Translations under genes and position numbers: made by a program
The notes under the pieces: generated by a model
Seen by the model: the letters and a program-made list of their open reading frames with translations, nothing else
Told to the model about the DNA's origin: nothing
Databases searched by the model: none
In this document: positions 38,362 through 49,799 of the stretch, one piece after another
Layout of the letters: each line of letters begins with the position of its first letter
How positions within the stretch are numbered: the stretch's first letter is position 1
Assembly: GCF_006345805.1 (NCBI RefSeq)
Contig: NC_043018.1
Location: forward strand, 6,324,001-6,388,000
Length of the DNA: 64,000 nt
Reading direction: 5' to 3'
Source: Octopus sinensis
Taxonomy: Eukaryota

Positions 38362-38574
38362 CCCTCTAGCATTCAGATTTCTCTGTCAAATGTAACATTT
38401 TCTTTATATACGTTGCTTTGAAATAATCATACACTATCTCATAGATTTGAGATTTCAACGATCCGATTGTTTATGTTTGGAATGACATTGTAGAGCTGGT
38501 GTGAGAAGCAGGATCTGAATGTAAAACAGGTAGAATATTTTGGCCAGATATGGATGGTTTAAATGCTGAAGGGG
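38362..38574. mobile_element. piggyBac-type MITE (213 bp)
   Basis: TTAA|ccctctagcatt ... aatgctgaagggg|TTAA. Related copies at ~21440-21590 and 52099-52818. Confidence 0.8.
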
Positions 38575-38670
38575 TTAATAATCAATATTTATAGTTTCAG
38601 GGTGGGTGGGCACTGCTTACCCAGTGTAGCATATTCAGACTATAGGTACCTTATTTCCTAATATATATCT

Positions 38671-38900
38671 GTTTCTTTACTACCCACAAGGGGCTAAACA
38701 TAGAGGGGACAAACAAGGACAGACAAACGGATTAAGTCGAATACATCGACCCCAGTGCATAACTGGTACTTAATTTATCGACCCCGAAATGATGAAAGGC
38801 AAAGTCGACCTCGGCAGAATTTGAACTCAGAATGTAACGGCAGACGAAATACAGCTACGCATTTCGCCCGGCGTGCTAACGGTTCTGCCAGCTCACCGCC
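38671..38900 (-). mobile_element. SINE family C (~225 bp; representative copy with 18-bp TSD)
   Basis: Head ggcggtgagctggcagaa...gagttcaaattc, core ggtcgactttgcctttcatc, A-rich tail; TSD atttcctaatatatatct (38653-38670, 38910-38927). Other copies at ~3505-3735, 17445-17845 (tandem), 31190-31400, 52499-52722 and 58455-59148 (three). Confidence 0.85.
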
Positions 38901-40649
38901 TTAATATATATTTCCTAATATATATCTTTTAAGTTTTACTTGTTTCAGTCATTAGACTGTGGCCCTGCTGGTGCACCACCTTGAAGAATTTTGAGTCGAA
39001 TGAATTGAACCCAGTATTTATTTATTTTTTTTTTCAAGTTTGGTATTTGTCCTGTCAGTCTCTTTTGCCCAACTGCTAAGTCACAAGGACGCAAACACAC
39101 CAACACTGGTTGTCAAGCTACAGTGGGAGACAAACAGACACAAAGACGCACTCACACATATATACACAACAGGCTTCTTTCAGTATCTATTTACCAAATC
39201 CACTCACAAGGCTTTGGTTGACCAGAGGCTATAGTCACTAGCATACTAGAGTGTGTGCTGCCCTTCCGTTTGTTGCCTCCGAACCCCCATGAAAAAAGCA
39301 TAGATTGCCTTTAGGAGACCCAAAAGTGCCACCTGGGGTGCACCTCCACACACCCCCAGCTACACTAGGCATGGCTGTGTAGTAATTTTGCTTGCTTCCC
39401 AACCATATGGTTCTGGATTCAGTCCCACTGCATGACTCCTTGGGCAAGTGTCTTCTGCTATAGCTTTGGGCCGACCAAAGCCTTGTGAGTGGATTTGGTA
39501 GATGGAAACTGAAAGAAGCCTGTCATATATATATGTATGTGTGTGTGTGTGTCTGTGTTTGTCCGCCCAACATCACTTGACAACCAATGCTGGTGTGTTT
39601 ACATCCCCTTAACTTAGCAGTTCAACAAATGAGACCCATAGAATAAGTACTGGGATTACAAAGAATAAGTCCTGGGGTCGATTTGCTCAACTAAAGGCAG
39701 TGCTCCAGCATTGCCACAGTCAAATGACTGAAACAAGTAAATAATAATTAAAAGAATATATTTGTGTATATATGTATGTATATATTTATGTGTGTGTATC
39801 TTTGTGTCTGTCTTTTTTCCTCTGTCACTGCTTGACAACCAATGTAGGTTTGTTTACATCCCCATAACTTAACAGTTCAGCCAAAGAGACCGATATGATA
39901 AGTACTAGGCTTACAAAGAATAAATACTAGGTTTAATTTCTTTTACTGAAAAAGCTTTTAAAGAAATGCTCCAGTATGGCCGCAGTCTAATGACTGAAAC
40001 AAGTAAAAGAATATAAAAATAGGCATAGCTGTGTGGTAAGATTGCTTCGCAACCACATGGTTCTGGGTTCAGTCCCACTGTGTGGTACCTTGTACAAGTA
40101 TCTTCTACTATAGCCCTGGGCTGACCAAAACCTTGTGAGTAGATTTAGCTGATGGAAACTGAAGGAAGCCCATTATTATGTGTTTGTGTGTGTGTGTATG
40201 TATTTATGTGGGGGTGTATGCGTTTATGTGGGGGGCATGTATCTGTGTATGTGTTTGTGTGTGCATATGTTTGTGTATGTGTATGTTTGTGTTTGTGTGT
40301 GTGTATATGTATGTATCTGTTTGTGTGTGGTGGAGGGGTGTGTATGTGTTTGTGTGTGTGTGGGTGTGTGTGAGTTTGCTTCTCATTGTCTTGACATTCT
40401 GTGATACTCATAAATGAGTGTCACCGCCATTCACAATGTGACATTTGTTTCCAGTTTTGTACAAGAACATGTCTGGCCTTGGAGAAAACATTACCTTTCT
40501 TGGCAACAGGTAAGCATCCATGACAGCAGCAGCTGCAAAAAAGTTCTCCCTTATAAAACTCCATCAGACACATGTAAGCCCAGAAATGTAAGTATCAAAA
40601 CGATGCTGATTCTTGTCCTTCTTCATTCATATTGTCTACTTTACTTATT

Positions 40650-40675
40650 CCTTTTCTTTTCTTTTTTCTTTGCAG
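40650..40675 (+). promoter_or_regulatory. 3' splice acceptor of the GPCR coding exon
   Basis: Polypyrimidine tract cttttcttttcttttttctttgcAG (AG at 40674-40675), 4 nt before the ATG; implies an upstream, probably untranslated exon. Confidence 0.75.
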
Positions 40676-40679
40676 TTTG

Positions 40680-41714
40680 ATGATGGATGTCATTCAGAAA
40701 ATGGAACAAGATGTCAGAGAGAACAATGATACTGTACCAAGATTCAACCAAACTTTATCGGTCAAAGATTTCCAAGACATTCTATCAGAGAATAACCACT
40801 GGATGGAACCGTCGACCGAAGTGTGTCTTATAGTGGCCTATTCTCTCGTTATGATATTTGGCATAGTTAGCAATTTCCTAGTTTGCTATGTCGTATATCG
40901 GAACAAACAACTATGGTACCCGCTCAACTTCCTCATTGTAAACTTGGCTGTATGTGATGTGTTCCTCAGTTTCAGCCTACCATTGACACTATCGAAGCTA
41001 ATTCTTCAGTTCTGGATCTTCGGAAACATTATGTGTAAGATTACCTCGGCAGTACAGACTTTGGTAACGTTTGTGTCAACGTTTACGATCGTATCGATTG
41101 CTATCGAACGGTACCATATCATTGTGAACAATAAAAACAGAGGAAAGACCAACCAAGCAATTGTTGTTGGCAACATTTTGGTAATCTGGACGGCAGCGCT
41201 TTGTTTAAGCATCCCCATGTTTATATTCCATCGCGTCGACAAAAAGGAGATCATACCGACGCTGCTTGTCTACGAGATATGCATCGAGACGTGGTCATCG
41301 TATGTTGCTCGTGCCACTTTTACATCCTGTCTTGTACTGTTACAGTATTTATTCCCCTTGATACTCATCATCGCGATGCACTACCAAATCTACAATTATT
41401 TGCGGCAACAGATCCTGAAAAGTTTCATCTACGACAAACGGACTATAAAGATCTACAAACGCAACAAGAGGAACCTTATCATTCTCACGACCACCACAAT
41501 GACGTTTGCCATCACATGGCTCCCCGTTACCATCTTAAATGTTTTGGTTGATTATGACCACCGCCTCTTCGGTGGATCGAACTTCAATCTCACCTACTCC
41601 ATATGTCTTTTGATAGCTATCAGTTCCGTCTCCATCAACCCCATTGTCTATGGGTTATTAAATAGCAAGTTTAGGGCAGCACTTTCTGATATTTCGCCCT
41701 TTACCATGCTGTAA
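40680..41714 (+). CDS. Rhodopsin-family (class A) peptide GPCR, neuropeptide Y/F receptor-like, 344 aa, single coding exon
   Basis: Seven hydrophobic segments with class A motifs: TM1 GIVSN, TM2 NLAVCD, TM3 CK..Q..VS..T..IAIERY, TM4 W, ECL2 CIETW, TM5 QYLFP, TM6 FAITWLP..LN..D, TM7 NPIVYGLLN plus helix 8 KFRAAL. N-glycosylation sequons NDT and NQT lie in the N-terminus. CxExW, QYxxP and WLPxxxxN are typical of NPY/NPF/RFamide receptors. First ATG at 40680 (a second at 40683) follows a splice acceptor. Orthologue not determined. Confidence 0.93.
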   Translation: MMDVIQKMEQDVRENNDTVPRFNQTLSVKDFQDILSENNHWMEPSTEVCLIVAYSLVMIFGIVSNFLVCYVVYRNKQLWYPLNFLIVNLAVCDVFLSFSLPLTLSKLILQFWIFGNIMCKITSAVQTLVTFVSTFTIVSIAIERYHIIVNNKNRGKTNQAIVVGNILVIWTAALCLSIPMFIFHRVDKKEIIPTLLVYEICIETWSSYVARATFTSCLVLLQYLFPLILIIAMHYQIYNYLRQQILKSFIYDKRTIKIYKRNKRNLIILTTTTMTFAITWLPVTILNVLVDYDHRLFGGSNFNLTYSICLLIAISSVSINPIVYGLLNSKFRAALSDISPFTML

Positions 41715-42514
41715 AAAGAAGGGGTTTGTGCACAGAGAGGTTTGCTAAATATTTAAATCTGGTGTTATTCTGGGAATGTTGCAATCTCCAAACTGAATTG
41801 ACTTCTTGGACTTAAATAACTATTTTCCCTGATATTTGCAATGTTATTAAACATGCAGGTGAATGTTACACATAATGATGAACATTTTATATAATATATG
41901 CATATATATATGTGTGTGTGTGAGAGTGTATATATATATATATATATATATATATGCATGTATTTGTGCTTGTGTGTGTACATATGTGTATATATGTGTA
42001 TGTCTGGATTGGTATGATATAGATACAAAAGACACATACACATAGATAAACATATGTATGTATGTATGTGTGTATATATATATATATATATTATATACAT
42101 GCACACACATATACACAGTGTAATATATATGTGAAAGCATTATATGTATTGTATAGTGTAAAATATATAAGACATCCTTTTCAGAAAGATAATTATCCTA
42201 TACTCAGGTAAGTCATATCCGTCTTGAAACCACAAACTGATATCACACATATATACATATGTATGTATGTGTGTGTGTGTGTGTTTGTATTTATGTATGT
42301 ATGAATAAATATGTATTTATATGTAAGTCTATGTGTGCAAATGTATGTATTTATGTACATGTATGTATATATACACACGCACACATATATTTATGTATAT
42401 GTATATGCATATATGTATGTATATGTGTATACATATATATGTGTGTTATGTGTGCGTGTTTATATATATATCTATATATGTATATATATACTTCATTTAA
42501 AAGCAGCAGAAATA

Positions 42515-42569
42515 TAACAAAAGCTGTTACTCAGAGTTTCAAGTTCCCGCTCGTCAGACAGTTTTGTTA
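42515..42569 (-). ncRNA. Minimal type I hammerhead ribozyme fold (canonical core)
   Basis: Minus strand: TAACAAAA-CTGT [CTGACGA] gcgggaactt [GAAA] CTC-T-GAG-T-A ACAG-c-TTTTGTTA. Perfect core, 4+8 bp stem I, palindromic stem III, weak stem II; GUA triplet, predicted cut between 42528 and 42527. Confidence 0.75.
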
Positions 42570-42998
42570 AAATATAAATTATGTTTGAGACTATTTGTAT
42601 ATATGTATATACAGATATATATATGTGTGCGTATACATATACATACATACATACATACATGCATGCATATACTTGCTACATGCATGGCATAAAATTAAAT
42701 TGTAAATGGTCAGGGAATGATGTTCAATGTATTTTTGCTGTGATATGCGTGAAGAAAGTACCCCGATGGTGAGATTCTTCATAAAAGCCTCTTGGAGATG
42801 ACAGAACGGATCGGTGATGATAGAACCTCAGAATTCTTACTTATTTTTATCATTCTAATAATATTTAAAACAAAACTCGTGAGAAAACAAAAGAAGGGTC
42901 TTAGTTTGAGTGGAGCCCGAAAGTAGACCCCCTATGGAAATGTTTTTTATATTTGCTTTCAGCAAAGTGTGTGTGCATATATATATATATATGTATAA

Positions 42999-43029
<31 letters not shown>

Positions 43030-43069
43030 ACCCATGCTAGCATGGAGAACGGACGTTAAACGATGATGA

Positions 43070-43102
<33 letters not shown>

Positions 43103-43662
43103 TTGGGTTTTCAGTTAAATTCTTAAATCTTTCTCTATTTGTCATTGTCATTCCATGTTAACATGACTGAAATGAGGAAAATTTTATTGTTTATTCAAAT
43201 TTTTTAAAAAATTATTAACAAAAGTTTACTGAAGAAGGGTAACACTATAAAAAAAGAAGAAAAAAAACACACAACTCTCCAATAAAAATATTTTTCATGT
43301 TAATTCAAATATTGGAAATTATTAAAATAAGGAAAAAAAAAAAATAACCCAATGAATTTTTCTGACAACTTAACACACACACTAATATTGAAAAATGAGA
43401 ATGAATTATCAACACCAAGCTGGTGGGTAAAACAAATAAACATGTTATCCTCAAATCCCGTACAGTCTCGTGTAACCTCTTGTATTTTCACCCAAGACAG
43501 AGACGAGTACGAACATTCTCACGTAGCAGGCTTGATAATTGTTGAGTGATTCCCACCATGAAACCATTGGTAGCCTTGTTAACTCACAAATAAAACTAAT
43601 GAGTGTATTTATATATATATATTATATATACATGTATGTATATATATATATATACACATATG

Positions 43663-43700
<38 letters not shown>

Positions 43701-43705
43701 GTATG

Positions 43706-43737
<32 letters not shown>

Positions 43738-44479
43738 TTATATATATAATATATATGTATAATATATATTATACACATACACACTCAAGTGGCATCTATT
43801 TACAGCTAAGTTGGACTGTGTTATTTGTTGTTGTTGTTGCTGTTAATCTTAAATCAACCCTAATTGAGTAGGTCTATGATCAAATGTATTCCAGCCATGA
43901 CCATCTCATCTATTATTGAAATACATTACTCCTACATTATATCATCTAATTTCTCACAACTTTTTCTTTTTTTGTTAAGATGTGAGGGTGGTGTACTTCA
44001 AGAGGAATGTAGCTGTTATTTCTAGCAAGCCAAGTTTCTGCTTAGACGTGCCCTCAATTATGTTATCCATCTATCATAAAACCATGTTGTAGCAGGTGTC
44101 AAGTATGCGTTATGGCCCTTTCCTCACCTGAGTACTCAGTGGTTTGGATGTTTTAATTTTTTTTACTTGTTTCAGTCACTGGACTGTGGCCATGCTGGGG
44201 CACCACCTTGAAGGGTTTAGTCGAACAAATCGATACAAATCGATCCCTGTACTTGAGATTTTTAAGCCTGTTACTTACTCCCTCAGTCTTTTTTTCTTGA
44301 ATTGCTAAGTCACAGGGATGTAAACAAACCAGCACCAGTTGTCAAATGGTGATCGTGGTCAAACACAGAGACAAACCCACTCACAAGAGTGTGATTGGCT
44401 TGGGCATTGTGTGGCACCCAAGGATTGAACCTGGAACCATGTGGTTGGGAAGCAAACTGCTTACTACACAATCATATTT

Positions 44480-44515
<36 letters not shown>

Positions 44516-45689
44516 ATATATATTTGTGTGTGTGTGTGTATGTATGTATGTATATACATTTATATGTGTGTGTGTGTGTCTGTTTGTATGTATGCAACAA
44601 GCTTCTTTCAGTTCCATCTCCCAAATACATTCAAGGCTTTGGTCAGCCCAGGGCTGTAGTAGACAAAACTTACCCAAGGTGCCATGCAGTGGGACTGAAC
44701 CCAGAACCATGTAGTTGAGAAGCAGACTTCTTACCACTTGGCCACACGTGTGCCTCAGATATTTGTATCAACCGCTTTAATCAACTGGCTACTTCCATGC
44801 CAAAGGACTCCTCAGTTTGAACAGGCCTGGGGCTAATGACTACAAGAATGGTCTTAGGGAATTTCCACATTTTTGTAGGGGTTTTTGGACCTACTAGAAA
44901 TAGCAGCATAATTTCCTTCAGGTCACATCCTACTGTCTTGGAGAGTGTCTGGATCCCCTTTAGTCATAGGCTTGCTCAGTTAGGGTTGATCTAAATCTCT
45001 GCAACAACAACAGCAGTTATAACAACAATAATTTCAATGATTGTCAAGTGCAGTCAATAAGCCTGGCAAGGGATGAGCTCCACTACACAGTCCAGTCCTA
45101 CCTTTAAGACACAGACCCAGTGCATGAATATAATGATATTCTATTATGACCCTGCAGCCTCGCAACCCTGTGACATATATAACTTTCCATAGTTATATAT
45201 GGAAGGAAGTATCTGCCAAAAAAGAAAACTTGTATACAATCACACATAAATTTAGATTATACATACAAGAAATATTTTATATACGCACATTCTATTTATT
45301 AATTGGTTGTTTCTGATGTTACTGTTTGACCAGAGGCCAGCTCGGATTGAGTTGGGCAGACCTATGATGAAAGACATTCCAGCCATGACCTTTTTCTTAT
45401 TTTTTAACAAATGCAAAAATACATTATTTAATGTGTCCGCCCATATTCTTTCTTTTAAAAGACTCCAGAGTTTGATATGAGGGATATTTGGTGGTGCTAT
45501 ATTTAGCAGATTGACTGACCCCTATGGAAGGTACTGGTCCCTTCTAATTTCAATATTCTAGTGATTCTGCAATGTTATGCTTTGACCCTTTTGGTACCTA
45601 CCCACTAAAGGCTAACCTGTGGTCTGTGACAAAAATTCCCTATTCTTGAAGGATCTACATTGAAACTTTTCATATAAATTTTACGTTAT

Positions 45690-46365
45690 GTTCCAAGCAC
45701 CAAATGAATTATGACAAATTTATTTTATTAAATTCTTCATTATCCTAAAAATTATTTGAAACAAAGGCAATATATGTCAGCAGAAATATGGTAACAAAAA
45801 GGTTAAATTCATTTAAATTATAAATGTTATTTTATATTTCAAAAATACTAGTTTAATGATGATTAAATGTATTTTATTAGATTTTCCATTATTTTAAAAA
45901 TTAGTTGAAACAAAGGCAATATATTTCAACAGAAATATGGTAACAAGAGTGTTAAAGTGATCAAAATTATAATCTTTCATCAAAATTTTATGTTAATTTT
46001 CATTCCAGACACCAGCTAATTAACGAGAAAGTTTTTTTATTAAATTCTTCATTATCTTAAAAATTGTTTGAAACAAAGGCAATATATGTCAGCAGAAATA
46101 TGGTAACAAAAGGGTTAAAGTCATTTAAATTATAATTTTTCGTCAAAATATGTTATTTTATATTTCAAAAATATTAGTTTATTGATGATTAAATGTATTT
46201 TATTAGAGGTTTCATTATTTTAAAAATTAGTTAAAACAAAGGCAATATATGTCAGCAGAAATATGGTAACAAAAGTGTCAAAGTAATCAAAATTTTATGT
46301 TAATTTTCATTCCAGACACCAGCTAATTAACGAGAAAGTTATTTTACTAAATTCTTTTTTTTCAT
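45690..46365. repeat. AT-rich tandem array of a MITE-derived ~150-165-bp unit, alternating A/B
   Basis: aaggcaatatat..cagaaatatggtaacaa recurs at ~45765, 45914, 46075 and 46239; units 1/3 and 2/4 are most alike. Confidence 0.75.
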
Positions 46366-46640
46366 TCTCAGTTCAAACTCTGTTATGGCCAACTTGGGTG
46401 TTAGACATAATCTACCATGTTGTTTAGCACCACCATCACCTTGTCCTTGGGTGCCTTTAGCAGACTGTTTTGTTATAAGTATTCATGTCAGGTCTCCAGT
46501 TTGTGCATACTTTCATTCCAAACTTGTGCCAGTCTTGGAGCGGAATGAAACAAATGAGCAGAGTTTGGGTGCTGACAATTTGGCATGGCTGATATTGGAC
46601 ATTCAACCTGTTTTGGTGACAATTCTGGAAGCAAACATAC

Positions 46641-46680
<40 letters not shown>

Positions 46681-47440
46681 ATACACACACATGCACACAC
46701 ACACATGCACACACACACATGCACATACACACACACATACACATACACACACATGCACACACACACACATGCGTACATGCACATATATATGCACTTAAAG
46801 CGAGAGAGATTGCAACTTATTAATTGAACATACTCAAATGGCGGTGCCCCAGCATGGCCACAGCTCGTGAGCTGAAACTAGATAAAATAAAATAAAAAAT
46901 AAATACACATAAAACACACATACACATAAAAAGAAATATGTTTACACATTCTCTTTCCATCTCTCTCTCTTCCCCTCTCTCTCTCTCTCACTCTCTCTCT
47001 CTGGCCAGGTAACCTTGTACCTCCTCTGTAACAAGACCTTTGTTTCTGTCCCTCTGCCACACTCTAACCTTTTTTTCATCAGACACAAGGTCACTCCCTC
47101 CAATGCCCCCCTACCCTCTCAAAAATCCCTTGTCTTGCAAGTTACTTGGTGACCCTGCCAGTGCTGGTGCCATGTGAAAAGCATCCAGTCCGCACTGTGA
47201 AGTGGTTGGCATTTGGAAGGGCATCCAGCTGTAAAAGCCATGCCAAAACAAACCTCACCTGTGCTGGTGCCATATAAAAAAAAACTCAGTCCACTCTGTG
47301 GGGAGGTTGGCATTTGGAAGGGCATCCAACCATAAAAACCCTGCCAAAACAGACACTTAGCCAAGGTACTACACAGTGGGACTGAACTCGGAACCATGTG
47401 GTTGGGAAGCCAGCTTCTTAGCACACAGCTACACACACAA

Positions 47441-47483
<43 letters not shown>

Positions 47484-48564
47484 ATATATATATATATATT
47501 ATATATATATAATATATATATATATATATGGCGTTAGGAAGGGCATCCAGCTGTAGAAACATTGCCAGATAAGACTGGAGCCTGGTGCAGCTTTCCTGCT
47601 TCCCAGATCCCCGGTCGAACCGTCCAACCCATGCTAGCATGGAGAACGGACGTTAAACGATGATGATGATGATGATATATATATAGTGGGAGAGAGAGAG
47701 GGAGCCATTACCTCATACATACAACTATAACTAGATGCTCACACTCTAACAGAGAGAGTGAGTGGGAGAGAGCGAAAGAAACATTATAATTAATGTCAGA
47801 TGTCAAATAAGTCAGCATCGATTCAGTAATGCTAAATAGATGATTCCAAAACAGCTATGCCAAAATGTGTTTCATCCATCTTGGAGGCTCCGTAAAGAAT
47901 CATAGGCAGTGCATTCCTTGTGACTTGGCACTAAAAAGAGAAAAAAAATGATCTAAAGAGAAGATACTGGTAAAAAACTTTTCAACACATGAATTCTAGC
48001 CGAATCAAATGCAATACTTATGCGGTGTAAACATTGCTGGATTATGGACAATGTAACCATGTAAGTTTCAAATCTTACCACTACAACCAGTGAGTTTGTG
48101 CCCCAACTACATCATGTAATCAAGGCTGATAACTCTTGTTCACGCTTGACTAATTACAAACAAGTAACTGTAAAGAGAACAGAAGATCAAAATGATTAAA
48201 AAAAAAAACTACAGGTTCCTCTCCAGTTTCACAGTTGAGTGGTTTGTGGTAAAAAAAAATACCATCCAAACTTTAAAAAAAAAATCACACTAACATAAAA
48301 CAAATTATTCGTCCTACCTTTTCATGGGGAATGGGTGTAAAAACTGAAAAAATAAATGAATAAAATTATGATAATTAAAAAGATAATTATATAATTATTT
48401 CTTCATTGTTTTTAATCAGAGAATTTCTGTGATACATATTTATGTAGTTTATTCTTTCAGAAATGCTGGAGTTTTTGTTCTTGTTGTTGTAGTTTCTGGT
48501 TGATCTCTATGAGCATGGAAAAATGGATGTTAAATTAATGAGGGTGATTATATCATGAGATTGT

Positions 48565-49040
48565 GCCGGTGGCACGTAAAAAGCACCATCCGATCGTGGC
48601 CGTTTGCCAGCCTCGTCTGGTCTCCATGCCGGTGGCACATAAAAAGCACCATCCGATCGTGACTGTTTGCCAGCCTCGTCTGGCCTCCATGCCGGTGGCA
48701 CATAAAAAGCACCATCCGATCGTGGCCGTTTGCCAGCCTCGTCTGGCCTCCATGCCGGTGGCACATAAAAAGCACCATCTGATCGTGGCCGTTTGCCAGC
48801 CTCGTCTGACCTTCGTGTCAATGGCACGTAAAACACACCATTCGATCGATGCTGGTTGCCAGCCTCATCTGGCACCTGTGCTGGTGGCACGTAAAAAGCA
48901 CCCACTACACTCACGGAGTGGTTGGCATAAGGAAGAGCATCCAGCTGTAGAAACTCTGCAAGATCAGACTGGGCTTGGCGCAGCCTTCTGACTTTCCAAC
49001 CCTTGCTAGCATGGAAAGCAGACGTTAAATGATGATGATT
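48565..49040 (+). mobile_element. SINE-like family D (RTE partner, (TGA)n tail) with a 5' 63-bp tandem array
   Basis: Body ggttggc.t.aggaagggcatccagctgtagaaac...gctagcatggaaagcggacgttaaa(tga)n. Copies at ~4170-4480, 4645-4880(-), 12940-13230, 13935-14115(-), 29131-29392(-), 47530-47680, 54375-54670 and 61855-62560(-). Confidence 0.85.
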
Positions 49041-49751
49041 GTAAGAACAGAATTATTATATAGACAATAAATTTACCATTTTTTGTGAGTGTATAATAGC
49101 TCTCACCTCAATACACCTTGAGTACATTGGCTCTGTCTGTTATGATAGATTTAACTTCGTCAAAGTGTGTCTCCAATTAAGATTAGTCTCTTTGAACATA
49201 GAATGTTATTAACTGGTGAAGTCTGCACTCTTGCAATTAGCCCCAGAAGTTCTTAACGACTGCTTTGATTTTATGATGCACTGGCGATGACACCAAACTT
49301 TACTGGTGTTGCACTTTGTCTGGAAAGTTTAAAAAAAACAAATGTTTCAAAGCTAAAAATTAGAAATTAAAAACAAAAGAGAAGAACTATTTGAAAACTT
49401 TGTGTGCTGTTGGTTGTAGGTTAGTATTGTAAAATGTTGAATTTCTGAGATGTCACCGTTTGTCTGGCAAGTGATTTGGTCTGAGACTGTTGAAACCAAA
49501 ATGATTACAGTACGGAAGATACATATAAGCCATTCAAAAACACATAGAGACTGTTAACTATACTTACTGTGGCCATGCTGGAGCACCGCTTTTAGTCAAA
49601 CAAATCGACCCCAAGACTTATTCTTTGCAAGCCTAATACTTATTTTATCGGTTTCTTTTGCTGAACCGCTAAGTTACTGGGATGTAAACACACCAGCATC
49701 GGTTGTCAAGCGATGTTGGGGGGACAAACTGAGACACACGAACATATACAC

Positions 49752-49799
<48 letters not shown>

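Noticed and set aside
40632-40679. 16-aa N-terminal extension of the GPCR ORF
   Set aside because: Starts at TTG inside the intronic polypyrimidine tract.
41006-41551. Antisense and alternative-frame ORFs over the GPCR
   Set aside because: Shadows of the real coding frame with no recognisable motifs.
42896-42930. GGGTC...CGAAAGTA-GACCC hammerhead-like stretch
   Set aside because: No CUGANGA core and no stem III.
48596-48625. CAGACGA...CAAAC hammerhead look-alike on the minus strand of the 63-bp unit
   Set aside because: Two core mismatches, no stem II or III, and the bases form a simple GCCAG/CTGGC hairpin.
48507-48991. Repeat array resembling CRISPR or a 21-aa repeat protein
   Set aside because: Contiguous 63-bp units without unique spacers, no cas genes, eukaryotic SINE context; ORFs stay open only because 63 is divisible by 3.
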